A stretch of DNA of 64,000 nt from the sequence record NC_054922.1; one strand, given 5' to 3'. The position numbers and the translations under genes are program-made. Below are positions 45,556 through 56,165 of this stretch, piece after piece. The DNA comes from Escherichia phage vB_EcoM_KAW1E185. The notes under the pieces were generated by a model, which ran no database searches, was not told the DNA's origin, and saw only the letters and a program-made list of their open reading frames with translations. Position 1 is the stretch's first letter, and the number at the start of each line of letters is the position of its first letter.

Positions 45556-45888
45556 TTAAAAAGGATCAGGAACATATCCACTAGCTTTAATCATTTTAAC
45601 TAATGTTACCATTCCTTTGTTAACTGCTTGTGAGATTTCATCAAAAACTTCATCATTAAAAAGTTCTAGCACACCCTTCTGAACTTTTAATTTACAGCCA
45701 ACAATTTCGTCATCGCCTATAGTAAATTCATTACCGCCAATTCCACCGAAAAACTTAATTACCCCAGTTAACTGTCTTCCACGAGAATATGGGTCATGTG
45801 ATAAAGTAATATGAGTCACCCCAGGTACAGTTTTAAATTGACAGCGAATGTTTACTTGAGAAATTCCAGTTACATGAATGTCAGACAT
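45556..45888 (-). CDS. hypothetical protein (frd.2-like)
   Basis: 110 aa ORF. Confidence 0.55.
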   Translation of the reverse strand: MSDIHVTGISQVNIRCQFKTVPGVTHITLSHDPYSRGRQLTGVIKFFGGIGGNEFTIGDDEIVGCKLKVQKGVLELFNDEVFDEISQAVNKGMVTLVKMIKASGYVPDPF

Positions 45889-45898
45889 AATATTTTCC

Positions 45899-46141
45899 TC
45901 AAACAGACTTTTTCACAGTTTTCCAATCAGCTTTAAACTGATCAACATCAGAATGGTAAATCCAGAATCCTGCGCTTTCTCCATCCTCATAAAGAGGGCA
46001 TCCATCGCATTCATCTTCCCATCCCATATCACGCAAAAGACGTTCAGCTTTTTCAACGAGTTCAGAATCTTTACCGATGATATTAAAATACCATTTACCT
46101 CTAACTTCTGAATCTTTGATGCTCTGGCGTTGTAATCTCAT
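45899..46141 (-). CDS. hypothetical protein (frd.3-like)
   Basis: 80 aa ORF with GGAG RBS and early promoter. Confidence 0.55.
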   Translation of the reverse strand: MRLQRQSIKDSEVRGKWYFNIIGKDSELVEKAERLLRDMGWEDECDGCPLYEDGESAGFWIYHSDVDQFKADWKTVKKSV

Positions 46142-46165
46142 TTTATTCTCCTTAGTTGATAGGGT

Positions 46166-46196
46166 AATAGTATCACACTACTACCCTTCTGTAAAC
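46166..46196 (-). promoter_or_regulatory. T4-type early promoter
   Basis: Minus strand GTTTAC, spacer, ATACTAT. Confidence 0.5.
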
Positions 46197-46561
46197 TACT
46201 TTTTGAAAGTTTTTCGCAAAAGTTCAATGATTTCATCTACATTGTTTTCGTCAACAATGCAGTGAATTTTTGTTACGCCATAAACCTCGTCTTTGACTTC
46301 ATCTTCTTCAGAAGTCGGTTCTTTATACTCACGAAAACAATGAAATTCATCTTCGCAGACGTTGAAGTAAAAATGCTTTCCATTGGCGCATTCTACGTGT
46401 TTTACTACTTTAAATCCATCAGCAAAGAAAACTTCTTTAACTTCAAACCATCCGCCATTTTCTTGAATAGCTTTAACTATTAATGAATTAGAACGCGGGC
46501 GATAATTAATAAATGTATCAATAAGTCTTGGAACAAGTTCGTACTTTTTATCAATATACAT
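46196..46561 (-). CDS. hypothetical Cys/His-containing protein
   Basis: 121 aa ORF, GAGGA RBS. Confidence 0.55.
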   Translation of the reverse strand: MYIDKKYELVPRLIDTFINYRPRSNSLIVKAIQENGGWFEVKEVFFADGFKVVKHVECANGKHFYFNVCEDEFHCFREYKEPTSEEDEVKDEVYGVTKIHCIVDENNVDEIIELLRKTFKK

Positions 46562-46605
46562 TGTGTTTTCCTCATTTTAATAGGGGCTTGATAGCCCCTC
46601 GATAA

Positions 46606-46836
46606 TTACTGTTCAATCAATCCCATGTAAAATTCTGCATCTTCAGCATCCATACCATCACAGTATTCATTAGCCATAAATCGTTCAAGAACTTCTAAAG
46701 GACCTTCAATAACAATAGAAAAATTGCAATAATTGGGATCATCATGAATACTTGTGATACTAAGTTCAGGATAACGATTACGAATAATTTCTTCAATATA
46801 TTCAAAATCAACGATGTCAATATCAACTTTAGCCAT
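46606..46836 (-). CDS. hypothetical acidic protein
   Basis: 76 aa from ATG 46836 with AGAGGA RBS. Confidence 0.55.
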   Translation of the reverse strand: MAKVDIDIVDFEYIEEIIRNRYPELSITSIHDDPNYCNFSIVIEGPLEVLERFMANEYCDGMDAEDAEFYMGLIEQ

Positions 46837-46879
46837 ATTGTTTTCCTCTTTAATCATCAGCAGTATTGCCGATAGTTGT

Positions 46880-46909
46880 ATAGTACCACAGTATGCTTTG
46901 GTTGTAAAC
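46880..46909 (-). promoter_or_regulatory. T4-type early promoter (copy of the motA promoter cassette)
   Basis: Minus strand GTTTAC, spacer aaccaaagcatactgtg, gTACTAT; about 65 nt near-identical to 63454-63520. Confidence 0.6.
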
Positions 46910-46924
46910 CGTTCTGTGAAAAAA

Positions 46925-46962
46925 AAATTTTTGAAATAAAAAAGGGGACCTCTAGGGTCCCC
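46925..46962 (-). terminator. rho-independent terminator after gene 32
   Basis: Minus strand hairpin GGGGACCCTAGAGGTCCCC followed by T-run. Confidence 0.75.
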
Positions 46963-46984
46963 AATTAATTAGTAATATAATCTA

Positions 46985-47893
46985 TTAAAGGTCATTCAAA
47001 AGGTCATCCAGGTCCGTGTCATCAGCACTAGATGAACTGCCAGAGCTTGAGCTCATAAAATCATCTTCAGTTTTTGTTTTGAAGTCATCAACATTGAATG
47101 CATCCAAATCATCAGCAACTTTATCGGCTTTCTTAGCAGCAGTTGCTGCGGCACCACCCATAGCAGCAGTTCCCATAACTTGACTGAACTTAGTGCTCAG
47201 TTCTTCAAACGATTTGAATTTATCTTTAGAAGTCATTTCAGAAAGGTCAACCATTTGTTCGAACAGTTCTTTCTGGAAAGATTCATCATCAATGTTTGGA
47301 ATCGCAGATTGATTCAGGAATTTAGATTCGTCGTAGTTACTAAATCCAGAAACTTGTTTAACTTTCAGTACAAAGTTAGCACCTTCCCACGGACAAGTTA
47401 CATCAACTGGAGTTTCACCCATTTCAACATCAACCGCAATCATTGCATTGATTTTATCCCAGATTTTCTTACCGAAACGGTATTTAAATACTTTACCTTC
47501 GTTTTCTGGAGCAGCTGGGTCTTTTACTACAAGAATGTTAGCCCAGTAAGAAGTTTTACGTTTAACAAGACTGTACTCTTTATTGTCAGTGTTGTACAGA
47601 TCATTTTTACTAATGTATTGACATACTGGGCAAGAATCGTAATCACCGTGGGTAGATGAACAGTTTTCAATATACCATTTACCATTTTTCTTGAAACCGT
47701 GATTTACAAGAATTGCGAATGGTGCTTGTTCATCATTTTTAGACGGAAGAAAACGAATTACTGCTTGACCGTTACCCGCATTGTCGAGTTTCAGTTTCCA
47801 CTCGCCTTTATCTTCAGAAGAAAAACCACCTTTATTTCCAGCCAGTTTAGCCATTTGTGCAGCGAGTTCAGCAGTAGATTTACGTTTAAACAT
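46985..47893 (-). CDS. 32: single-stranded DNA-binding protein gp32
   Basis: 302 aa; [37 protein letters not shown] matches recalled gp32; zinc ligand region; acidic C-tail. Confidence 0.97.
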   Translation of the reverse strand: MFKRKSTAELAAQMAKLAGNKGGFSSEDKGEWKLKLDNAGNGQAVIRFLPSKNDEQAPFAILVNHGFKKNGKWYIENCSSTHGDYDSCPVCQYISKNDLYNTDNKEYSLVKRKTSYWANILVVKDPAAPENEGKVFKYRFGKKIWDKINAMIAVDVEMGETPVDVTCPWEGANFVLKVKQVSGFSNYDESKFLNQSAIPNIDDESFQKELFEQMVDLSEMTSKDKFKSFEELSTKFSQVMGTAAMGGAAATAAKKADKVADDLDAFNVDDFKTKTEDDFMSSSSGSSSSADDTDLDDLLNDL

Positions 47894-47976
47894 TTTTATT
47901 TCCTTTTTAATTTAATTAACAGTTGGTGCTATGACGATGTATGACCTCATAGCTGGTCAGTGAGATAATTATAATC
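47894..47976 (-). promoter_or_regulatory. gene 32 mRNA leader / translational operator
   Basis: Minus strand leader ends UUAAUUAAAUUAAAAAGGAAAUAAAAAUG, matching the known T4 autoregulatory operator. Confidence 0.55.
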
Positions 47977-47984
47977 TATTTATA
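47977..47984 (-). promoter_or_regulatory. late promoter TATAAATA for gene 32
   Basis: Minus-strand TATAAATA about 85 nt upstream of gene 32 ATG. Confidence 0.5.
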
Positions 47985-47992
47985 ATAAGCAA

Positions 47993-48646
47993 TTAATACT
48001 TACAAGATTTCACAGTTTCAATGAAAACACTTTTAGCTTTCTGTGAATCAATATTTAAAATTTTTCTATAAGCCTTTAACTTTATAGAATAATTATTCCA
48101 GACTAAATTATCAGTCTGTTCATCATGTTTATCAATTATATTTAAAAATGAATCAAGCAAGATAAACGTCTCAAACGAAATTATGTTCGACTGAAGCAGT
48201 TTAAAAATATAACTTGATTGAACTTTTGGATTATATTCAAAAATTTCTTTAAAAGCAGAAACTTCAACTTTTTTACTAAAATAATAAATGTTGCGAATAT
48301 CTTCTTCAAACTTAAATTTAATTTGCTTTAAGCGTCCGATATATTCACGATAAAACACAAGTGCATCAGCGTCAGAGATGTCACCAATCCAAGCATCTTG
48401 GTTAGCAACCAAATTACTTATAAAGATTAAAGCAAGTTCCTTTAATTTATATTTTTCTGATAACTTCTGGAAAAAATACTTATCCCTTCGCTTTTGATAA
48501 GCGGCATCAGACACCCGCATGCACCAATTATACTTAATTACATCATACTTTCCATTCATATGTTGTTTTATCATTAAGTATAATTTATAAACTGATTTAC
48601 CATCAATGTATCTTTCACCACCAGCAGGCATGCGGAGTTTAATCAT
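47993..48646 (-). CDS. 59: helicase loader gp59
   Basis: 217 aa, T4 gp59 length, upstream of gene 32. Confidence 0.9.
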   Translation of the reverse strand: MIKLRMPAGGERYIDGKSVYKLYLMIKQHMNGKYDVIKYNWCMRVSDAAYQKRRDKYFFQKLSEKYKLKELALIFISNLVANQDAWIGDISDADALVFYREYIGRLKQIKFKFEEDIRNIYYFSKKVEVSAFKEIFEYNPKVQSSYIFKLLQSNIISFETFILLDSFLNIIDKHDEQTDNLVWNNYSIKLKAYRKILNIDSQKAKSVFIETVKSCKY

Positions 48647-48981
48647 AGTAGAAAATCTAATGTATTAGTTTTTTCACAACGAACAACAGAAGGACGTAAA
48701 AGATTTTCGTCAATAGCTTCTGACTGAATTTTTTCAATTATACCCGAAGGAATAAATTTAGCAAATTGAGTTTCAGGAATAGAATTTTCTTCCAAGAATG
48801 CTGTCGTAGCTTCAAGATAACTCATTCCAAACTCTTCTACCATTTTTTCAATAATAAATCCATTTTCTTGACGATCAAGAAGCTTTGCTATTTCATCCTT
48901 TTCTTTCTTAATTGAAAGTTCTTTTTCTGAAAGACCGGTCTCATCGACCGGACGAATATCATTTAGAGAAAACTGTGTCAT
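48643..48981 (-). CDS. 33: late transcription co-activator gp33
   Basis: 112 aa from MTQFSLNDIRPV (ORF track gives 3 extra residues). Confidence 0.8.
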   Translation of the reverse strand: MTQFSLNDIRPVDETGLSEKELSIKKEKDEIAKLLDRQENGFIIEKMVEEFGMSYLEATTAFLEENSIPETQFAKFIPSGIIEKIQSEAIDENLLRPSVVRCEKTNTLDFLL

Positions 48982-49228
48982 AAAGTTCAACTACCTCTTC
49001 AGTTTCAGCTTCAAACACATCACGGTTATCTTTATGATACAAAGCTAATAGACGATTAAACATCTTACCATCAACGCCAAGTTCATCTTTGGCACGAATT
49101 CGAATATCTTTAATCAGTTCATTATAACCGGAAATTTTCAGTTTATGATCAGATGCTTCTTTAATAAATTTAGCCAAGTCTTCGCCATGGATAGCTTCAT
49201 CAAATTCAACCATTTCTTTTTTAGCCAT
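48959..49228 (-). CDS. dsbA: DsbA double-stranded DNA-binding protein
   Basis: 89 aa, T4 DsbA size and position between rnh and 33. Confidence 0.8.
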   Translation of the reverse strand: MAKKEMVEFDEAIHGEDLAKFIKEASDHKLKISGYNELIKDIRIRAKDELGVDGKMFNRLLALYHKDNRDVFEAETEEVVELYDTVFSK

Positions 49229-49236
49229 TATTCACC

Positions 49237-50154
49237 TCAAAATTCATTAATGCTATTAGTTAATTTAGAAAGACCCGCTTTTACAAAATATGAATAAATT
49301 TTGCCACGCGGTGGTAATTTATATGAATTATAGTAATTCACAATGTTTGAAGCAATATTATCAGGAATATAATCAAAATCAATTAGAACTAAATTTTCTT
49401 TATAACGATTATATTCAGATTCTGTGAGAAGCACCTTAGCTTGCTCACGGTCATTAGCAATAGCTTCAACGATTGAAGTTTTCATTGAAGGAGTTCGTTC
49501 ACCTTCAACTCTGGTAAACCAAAAGTCAGATCGTACTTTAACTGAAGCAACGTTATCTTTTTTGTCGCCTTTAAGGATTTTAGTCATACAGTCAATTTCA
49601 GCAGAACCGCTTTTAATTTTAACCCACTTCTTGTGCATCGGTGACCATTGCTTAACATTTGGATATTTGTGAAGTTGTGTAAAGTCACCATCCGATGAAA
49701 TGATTAAAATCTTATGTCCTTCTAAAGAGAACTTTTTAACAAGAACAGCAATGTGGTCATCTGCTTCATACTTATCAATATCCATAACAATGTATGGCAT
49801 ATAAGCTTTCAATTCATCTATAACTTTATGGCTGGATTCAAAATAACCTTCCCAGTCCCAAGTAGATTCTTCTCGTGCTTTTCCACGGTTTTTCTTATAA
49901 TAATAAGCAAAATCACGACGCCAGTATCCAGATTTCGCGTTATCAATACACAGTACAATTTTAGTGTATCCAAGAGCTTTTGCTTTTTTGACATTAAACT
50001 TAATTGAGTTCAATATCAAATGACGAACCATTGATAAATTAATTTTTTCTTTATCTGGGAAGTTTACCAAAGCAGTTGAAAGCGCAATTTGACTAAAGTC
50101 AATTAAGCAGATTCCTTCTTTGTAATCTTCATCCAGCATCATTTCTAAATCCAT
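49237..50154 (-). CDS. rnh: RNase H (5'-3' exonuclease/flap endonuclease)
   Basis: 305 aa from ATG 50154; MDLEMMLDEDYKEGICLIDFSQIAL matches recalled T4 RNase H. Confidence 0.93.
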   Translation of the reverse strand: MDLEMMLDEDYKEGICLIDFSQIALSTALVNFPDKEKINLSMVRHLILNSIKFNVKKAKALGYTKIVLCIDNAKSGYWRRDFAYYYKKNRGKAREESTWDWEGYFESSHKVIDELKAYMPYIVMDIDKYEADDHIAVLVKKFSLEGHKILIISSDGDFTQLHKYPNVKQWSPMHKKWVKIKSGSAEIDCMTKILKGDKKDNVASVKVRSDFWFTRVEGERTPSMKTSIVEAIANDREQAKVLLTESEYNRYKENLVLIDFDYIPDNIASNIVNYYNSYKLPPRGKIYSYFVKAGLSKLTNSINEF

Positions 50155-50183
50155 ATGAACCTCGTTCAATTAGTGAGATTTCT

Positions 50184-50213
50184 ATTATATACCATCCGAA
50201 TCTTAAAGTAAAC
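50184..50213 (-). promoter_or_regulatory. T4-type early promoter for rnh
   Basis: Minus strand GTTTAC, 16-nt spacer, TATATAAT. Confidence 0.55.
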
Positions 50214-50234
50214 AAGTATAAATACTTATTATTG

Positions 50235-50360
<126 letters not shown>

Positions 50361-50415
50361 ATTATATACCATCCGAATCTTAAAGTAAACAAGTATAAAT
50401 ACTTATTATTGAAAA
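50361..50415. repeat. exact 55-bp direct duplicate of 50184-50238 flanking the adapter (assembly join artifact)
   Basis: attatataccatccgaatcttaaagtaaacaagtataaatacttattattgaaaa occurs identically on both sides of the adapter. Confidence 0.9.
50394..50401 (+). promoter_or_regulatory. late promoter TATAAATA for gene 34 (second copy at 50217-50224 within the duplicated block)
   Basis: Exact TATAAATA about 35 nt upstream of gene 34 ATG. Confidence 0.55.
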
Positions 50416-50435
50416 CACAATAGGAGCCCGGGAGA

Positions 50436-53400
50436 ATGGCCGAGATTAAAAGAAAGTTCAGAGCAGAAGATGGTCTGGACGCAGGTGGCGATAAAATAAT
50501 CAACGTAGCTTTAGCTGATCGTGCCGTAGGAACTGACGGTGTTAACGTTGATTACCTAATTCAAGAAAACACAGTTCAACAATACGATCCAACTCGTGGA
50601 TATTTAAAAGATTTTGTAATCATTTATGATAACCGCTTTTGGGCTGCTATAAATGATATTCCAAAACCGGCAGGAGCTTTTAATAGCGGACGCTGGAGAG
50701 CATTACGTACCGATGCTAACTGGATTACAGTCTCATCTGGTTCATATCAATTAAAATCCGGTGAAGCTATTTCGGTTAACACTGCAGCTGGTAATGATAT
50801 TACATTTACTTTACCATCTACCCCAATTGGCGGTGATACTATCGTTCTCCAAGATATTGGAGGAAAACCTGGAGTTAACCAAGTTTTAATTGTAGCTCCA
50901 GTGCAAAGTATTGTAAACTTTAGAGGCGAACAAGTACGTTCAGTACTAATGACTCATCCAAAGTCGCAGTTAGTTTTAATTTTTAGTAATCGTCTGTGGC
51001 AAATGTATGTAGCTGATTATAGTAGAGAAGCTGTAGTTGTAACACCAGCGAATACTTATCAAGCGCAATCTAATGATTTTATCGTACGTAGATTTACTTC
51101 TGCTGCACCGATAAATATTAAACTTCCGAGATTTGCTAATCACGGCGATATTATTAATTTCGTCGATTTAGATAAACTAAATCCGCTTTATCATACAATT
51201 GTTACTACATACGATGAAACGACATCAGTACAAGAAGATGGAACTCATTCCATTGAAGGCCGTACATCTATTGATGGTTTCTTGATGTATGATGATAATG
51301 AGAAATTATGGAGATTATTTGACGGGGATAGTAAAGCACGTTTACGCATTATAACAACCAATTCTAATATTCGTCCAAATGAAGAAGTTATGGTATTTGG
51401 TGCGAATAATGGAACAACCCAAACAATTGAACTTCAGCTTCCAACTAATATTTCTGTTGGTGATACTGTCAAAATTTCCATGAATTACATGCGAAAAGGA
51501 CAAACAGTTAAAATCAAAGCTGCCGGTGAAGATAAAATTGCTTCTTCAGTTCAATTGCTGCAGTTCCCAAAACGTTCAGAGTATCCACCTGAAGCTGAAT
51601 GGGTAACTGTTCAAGAATTAGTTTTTAACGGTGAAACTAATTATGTTCCAGTTTTACAACTTGCTTATATAGAAGATTCTGATGGAAAATACTGGGTTGT
51701 ACAACAAAACGTTCCAACCGTAGAAAGAGTAGACTCTTTGAATGATTCTACTAGAGCAAGATTAGGCGTAATTGCTTTAGCTACACAAGCTCAAGCTAAT
51801 GCCGATTTAGAAAATTCTCCACAAAAAGAATTAGCAATTACTCCAGAAACATTAGCTAACCGTACTGCTACAGAAACTCGTAGAGGTATCGCAAGAATAG
51901 CAACTACTGCTCAAGTAAACCAGGATACTACATTCTCTTTTGCTGACGATATTATCATCACTCCTAAAAAGCTGAATGAAAGAACTGCTACAGAAACTCG
52001 CAGAGGTGTTGCTGAAATTGCTACGCAACAGGAAACTAATGCAGGTACTGATGATACTACAATCATCACTCCTAAAAAGCTTCAAGCTCGTCAGGGTTCT
52101 GAATCATTATCTGGTATTGTAACCTTTGTATCTACCGCAGGAGCTACTCCAGCTTCTAGTCGTGAATTAAATGGTACAAACGTTTATAATAAAAACACTA
52201 ATAATTTAGTTGTTTCGCCTAAAGCTCTGGATCAGTATAAAGCTACTCCAACACAACAAGGTGCAGTAATTTTAGCAGTTGAAAGCGAAGTAATTGCTGG
52301 ACAAAGCCAAGAAGGATGGGCAAATGCGGTTGTAACGCCAGAAACGTTACATAAAAAGACATCAACTGATGGAAGAATTGGTTTAATTGAAATTGCTACA
52401 CAAAGTGAAGTTAATACAGGAACTGATTATACTCGTGCAGTCACTCCTAAAACTTTAAATGACCGTAAAGCAACTGAAAGTTTAAGTGGTATAGCTGAAA
52501 TTGCTACACAAGTTGAATTCGACGCAGGCGTCGACGATACTCGTATCTCTACACCATTAAAAATTAAAACTAGATTTAATAGTACTGATCGTACTTCTGT
52601 TGTTGCTCTATCTGGATTAGTTGAATCAGGAACTCTCTGGGACCATTATACCCTTAATATTCTTGAAGCAAATGAGACACAGCGTGGTACACTTCGTGTA
52701 GCTACACAAGTTGAAGCTGCTGCAGGAACATTAGATAATGTTTTAATAACTCCTAAAAAGCTTTTAGGTACTAAATCTACTGAAGCACAGGAAGGTGTTA
52801 TTAAAGTTGCAACCCAGTCTGAAACTGTGACTGGAACGTCAGCAAATACTGCTGTATCTCCAAAAAATTTAAAATGGATTGTGCAGAGTGAACCTACTTG
52901 GGCAGCTACTACTGCGATAAGAGGCTTTGTTAAAACTTCATCTGGTTCAATTACATTCGTTGGTAATGATACAGTTGGTTCAACACAGTCGTTAGAATTA
53001 TACGAGAAAAATAGCTATGCAGTATCACCATATGAATTAAACCGTGTATTAGCAAATTATTTGCCATTAAAAGCAAAGGCTGCTGATACAAATTTATTGG
53101 ATGGTCTAGATTCATCCCAGTTCATTCGTAGGGATATTGCACAGACAGTTAATGGTTCACTAACCTTAACCCAACAAACGAATCTGAGTGCCCCTCTTGT
53201 ATCATCTAGTACTGCTACGTTTGGCGGATCAGTTTCGGCAAACAGCACATTAACTATTTCTAATACTGGAACGGCAACTCGTCTGATTTTTGAGAAAGGA
53301 CCTCAAACTGGAACTAACCCAGTGCAGACGATGACTATCAGAGTTTGGGGAAATCAGTTCGGTGGCGGTTCAGATACAACACGTTCTACGGTATTTGAAG

Positions 53401-54305
53401 TTGGTGATGAAACGTCTAATCACTTTTATTCTCAACGTAATAAAGCTGGGAATATAACGTTTAGTATCAATGGTACTGTAATGCCAATAAATGTTAATGC
53501 TTCGGGTTCTTTGAACGCGGGCGGCGTTGCAACATTTGGTAGTTCAGTTACAGCCAATGGTGAATTCATCAGCAAGTCTGCAAATGCTTTCAGAGCAATA
53601 AATGGCGACTATGGATTCTTTATTCGCAATGATGCTGCTAACACCTATTTTATGCTTACTGCATCGGGTGATCAGACTGGTGGATTTAATGGATTACGTC
53701 CTTTAGCTATTAATAATGCATCTGGTCAAGTAACGATTGGTGAAAGCTTAATCATTGCCAAAGGTGCTACTATAAATTCAGGTGGTTTAACTGTTAACTC
53801 GAGAATTCGTTCTCAGGGTACTAAAACCGCTGATTTATACACCCGTGCACCGACATCTGATACTGTAGGATTCTGGTCAATTGACATTAATGATTCAGCC
53901 ACTTATAATCAGTTCCCAGGTTATTTTAAAATGGTTGAAAAAACTAATGAAGTGACTGGACTTCCATACTTAGAACGCGGTGAAGAAGTTAAATCTCCTG
54001 GTACATTGACTCAGTTTGGTAACACACTTGACTCGCTTTACCAAGATTGGATTACTTATCCAACAACTCCAGAAGCGCGTACCACTCGCTGGACACGTAC
54101 ATGGCAGAAAACCAAAAACTCTTGGTCAAGTTTTGTTCAGGTATTTGACGGAGGTAACCCTCCTCAACCATCTGACATCGGTGCTTTACCATCTGATAAT
54201 GCTACAATGGGCAATCTTACTATTCGTGATTTCTTACGAATTGGTAATGTTCGCATTATTCCTGACCCAGTGAATAAAACTGTTAAATTTGAATGGGTTG
54301 AATAA
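50436..54305 (+). CDS. 34: long tail fibre proximal subunit gp34
   Basis: 1289 aa, T4 gp34 length; GGAG RBS. Confidence 0.95.
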   Translation: MAEIKRKFRAEDGLDAGGDKIINVALADRAVGTDGVNVDYLIQENTVQQYDPTRGYLKDFVIIYDNRFWAAINDIPKPAGAFNSGRWRALRTDANWITVSSGSYQLKSGEAISVNTAAGNDITFTLPSTPIGGDTIVLQDIGGKPGVNQVLIVAPVQSIVNFRGEQVRSVLMTHPKSQLVLIFSNRLWQMYVADYSREAVVVTPANTYQAQSNDFIVRRFTSAAPINIKLPRFANHGDIINFVDLDKLNPLYHTIVTTYDETTSVQEDGTHSIEGRTSIDGFLMYDDNEKLWRLFDGDSKARLRIITTNSNIRPNEEVMVFGANNGTTQTIELQLPTNISVGDTVKISMNYMRKGQTVKIKAAGEDKIASSVQLLQFPKRSEYPPEAEWVTVQELVFNGETNYVPVLQLAYIEDSDGKYWVVQQNVPTVERVDSLNDSTRARLGVIALATQAQANADLENSPQKELAITPETLANRTATETRRGIARIATTAQVNQDTTFSFADDIIITPKKLNERTATETRRGVAEIATQQETNAGTDDTTIITPKKLQARQGSESLSGIVTFVSTAGATPASSRELNGTNVYNKNTNNLVVSPKALDQYKATPTQQGAVILAVESEVIAGQSQEGWANAVVTPETLHKKTSTDGRIGLIEIATQSEVNTGTDYTRAVTPKTLNDRKATESLSGIAEIATQVEFDAGVDDTRISTPLKIKTRFNSTDRTSVVALSGLVESGTLWDHYTLNILEANETQRGTLRVATQVEAAAGTLDNVLITPKKLLGTKSTEAQEGVIKVATQSETVTGTSANTAVSPKNLKWIVQSEPTWAATTAIRGFVKTSSGSITFVGNDTVGSTQSLELYEKNSYAVSPYELNRVLANYLPLKAKAADTNLLDGLDSSQFIRRDIAQTVNGSLTLTQQTNLSAPLVSSSTATFGGSVSANSTLTISNTGTATRLIFEKGPQTGTNPVQTMTIRVWGNQFGGGSDTTRSTVFEVGDETSNHFYSQRNKAGNITFSINGTVMPINVNASGSLNAGGVATFGSSVTANGEFISKSANAFRAINGDYGFFIRNDAANTYFMLTASGDQTGGFNGLRPLAINNASGQVTIGESLIIAKGATINSGGLTVNSRIRSQGTKTADLYTRAPTSDTVGFWSIDINDSATYNQFPGYFKMVEKTNEVTGLPYLERGEEVKSPGTLTQFGNTLDSLYQDWITYPTTPEARTTRWTRTWQKTKNSWSSFVQVFDGGNPPQPSDIGALPSDNATMGNLTIRDFLRIGNVRIIPDPVNKTVKFEWVE

Positions 54306-54313
54306 GAGGTATT

Positions 54314-55429
54314 ATGGAAAAATTTATGGCAGAGTTTGGACAAGGATATGTCCAAACGCCATTTTTATCGGAAAGCAATTCAGTAAGATATAAAATAAGT
54401 ATAGCGGGTTCTTGCCCGCTTTCTACAGCAGGACCATACGTTAAATTTCAGGATAATCCTGTAGGAAGTCAAACATTTAGCGCAGGCCTTCATTTAAGAG
54501 TTTTTGACCCTTCTACAGGAGCATTAGTTGATAGTAAGTCATATGCTTTTTCGACTTCAAATGATACTACATCAGCTGCTTTTGTTAGTTTCATGAATTC
54601 TTTGACGAATAATAGAATTGTTGCTATATTAACTAGCGGAAAGGTTAATTTTCCTCCTGAAGTAGTATCTTGGTTAAGAACCGCAGGAACGTCTGCTTTT
54701 CCATCTGACTCTATATTGTCAAGATTCGACGTATCATATGCTGCTTTTTATACTTCTTCTAAAAGAGCTATCGCATTAGAGCATGTTAAACTGAGTAATA
54801 GAAAAAGCACAGATGATTATCAAACTATTTTAGATGTTGTATTTGACAGTTTAGAAGACGTCGGAGCTACCGGGTTTCCAAGAAGAACGTATGAAAGCGT
54901 TGAGCAATTCATGTCAGCGGTTGGTGGAACTAATAACGAAATTGCGCGTCTACCAACTTCAGCTACTATAAGTAAATTATCTGATTATAATTTAATTCCT
55001 GGCGATGTTCTTTATCTTAAAGCTCAGTTATATGCTGATGCCGATTTACTTGCTCTTGGAACTACAAATATATCTATCCGTTTTTATAATGCATCAAATG
55101 GATATATTTCCTCGACACAAGCTGAATTTACCGGGCAAGCTGGATCTTGGGAATTAAAGGAAGATTATGTAGTTGTTCCAGAAAACGCGGTAGGATTTAC
55201 GATATACGCACAAAGAACTGCACAAGCAGGTCAAGGTGGCATGAGAAATTTAAGCTTTTCTGAAGTATCAAGAAACGGCGGTATTTCAAAACCCGCTGAA
55301 TTTGGCGTCAATGGTATTCGTGTTAATTATATCTGTGAATCTGCTTCACCTCCGGATATAATGGTACTTCCTACACAAGCATCGTCTAAAACTGGTAAAG
55401 TGTTTGGGCAAGAATTTAGAGAAGTATAA
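54314..55429 (+). CDS. 35: long tail fibre hinge connector gp35
   Basis: 371 aa (T4 gp35 372 aa). Confidence 0.9.
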   Translation: MEKFMAEFGQGYVQTPFLSESNSVRYKISIAGSCPLSTAGPYVKFQDNPVGSQTFSAGLHLRVFDPSTGALVDSKSYAFSTSNDTTSAAFVSFMNSLTNNRIVAILTSGKVNFPPEVVSWLRTAGTSAFPSDSILSRFDVSYAAFYTSSKRAIALEHVKLSNRKSTDDYQTILDVVFDSLEDVGATGFPRRTYESVEQFMSAVGGTNNEIARLPTSATISKLSDYNLIPGDVLYLKAQLYADADLLALGTTNISIRFYNASNGYISSTQAEFTGQAGSWELKEDYVVVPENAVGFTIYAQRTAQAGQGGMRNLSFSEVSRNGGISKPAEFGVNGIRVNYICESASPPDIMVLPTQASSKTGKVFGQEFREV

Positions 55430-55434
55430 ATTGA

Positions 55435-55461
55435 GGGAGCCTTCGGGTTCCCTTTTTCTTT
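55435..55461 (+). terminator. terminator after gene 35
   Basis: Hairpin GGGAGCCTTCGGGTTCCC followed by TTTTTCTTT. Confidence 0.65.
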
Positions 55462-55468
55462 ATAAATA
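55461..55468 (+). promoter_or_regulatory. late promoter TATAAATA for gene 36
   Basis: Exact TATAAATA about 25 nt upstream of gene 36 ATG. Confidence 0.6.
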
Positions 55469-55491
55469 CTATTAAAATAAAGGGGCATACA

Positions 55492-56157
55492 ATGGCTGAT
55501 TTAAAAGTAGGTTCAACAACCGGAGGCTCTGTCATTTGGCATCAAGGAAATTTTCCATTGAATCCAGCCGGTGACGATGTACTCTATAAATCATTTAAAA
55601 TATATTCAGAATATAATAAACCACAAGCTGCTGATAACGATTTCGTTTCTAAAGCTAATGGTGGTACTTATGCATCAAAGGTAACATTTAACGGTGGAGT
55701 TCAAGTTCCGTATGCTGTAAACAACACAAACCCATGCGGTGTTTATCCAGGTAACGGTGATAATGCTACTTTTGCTGTAGCAAATATCGATATTGTTTCG
55801 TGGAATGGTATTGGTTTTAAATCATCACAAGGTTCAGCAGCTCGAACTGTTGTAATTAATGCACGTAATGGTGATATTAGTACAAAAGGCGTTGTGTCGG
55901 CAGCAGGTCAAGTAAGAAGTGATGCGGCTGCTCCTATAGCAGCGAATGACCTTACTAGAAAGGACTATGTTGATGGAGCAATAAATACTGTTACGGCAAA
56001 TGCAAACTCTAGGGTGCTACGGTCTGGTGACACCATGATAGGTAATTTAACAGCGCCAAACTTTTTCTCGCAGAATCCTGCATCTCAACCTTCACACGTT
56101 CCACGATTTGACCAAATCGTAATTAAGGATTCTGTTCAAGATTTCGGCTATTATTAA
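55492..56157 (+). CDS. 36: long tail fibre distal connector gp36
   Basis: 221 aa, T4 gp36 length. Confidence 0.9.
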   Translation: MADLKVGSTTGGSVIWHQGNFPLNPAGDDVLYKSFKIYSEYNKPQAADNDFVSKANGGTYASKVTFNGGVQVPYAVNNTNPCGVYPGNGDNATFAVANIDIVSWNGIGFKSSQGSAARTVVINARNGDISTKGVVSAAGQVRSDAAAPIAANDLTRKDYVDGAINTVTANANSRVLRSGDTMIGNLTAPNFFSQNPASQPSHVPRFDQIVIKDSVQDFGYY

Positions 56158-56165
56158 GAGGACTT

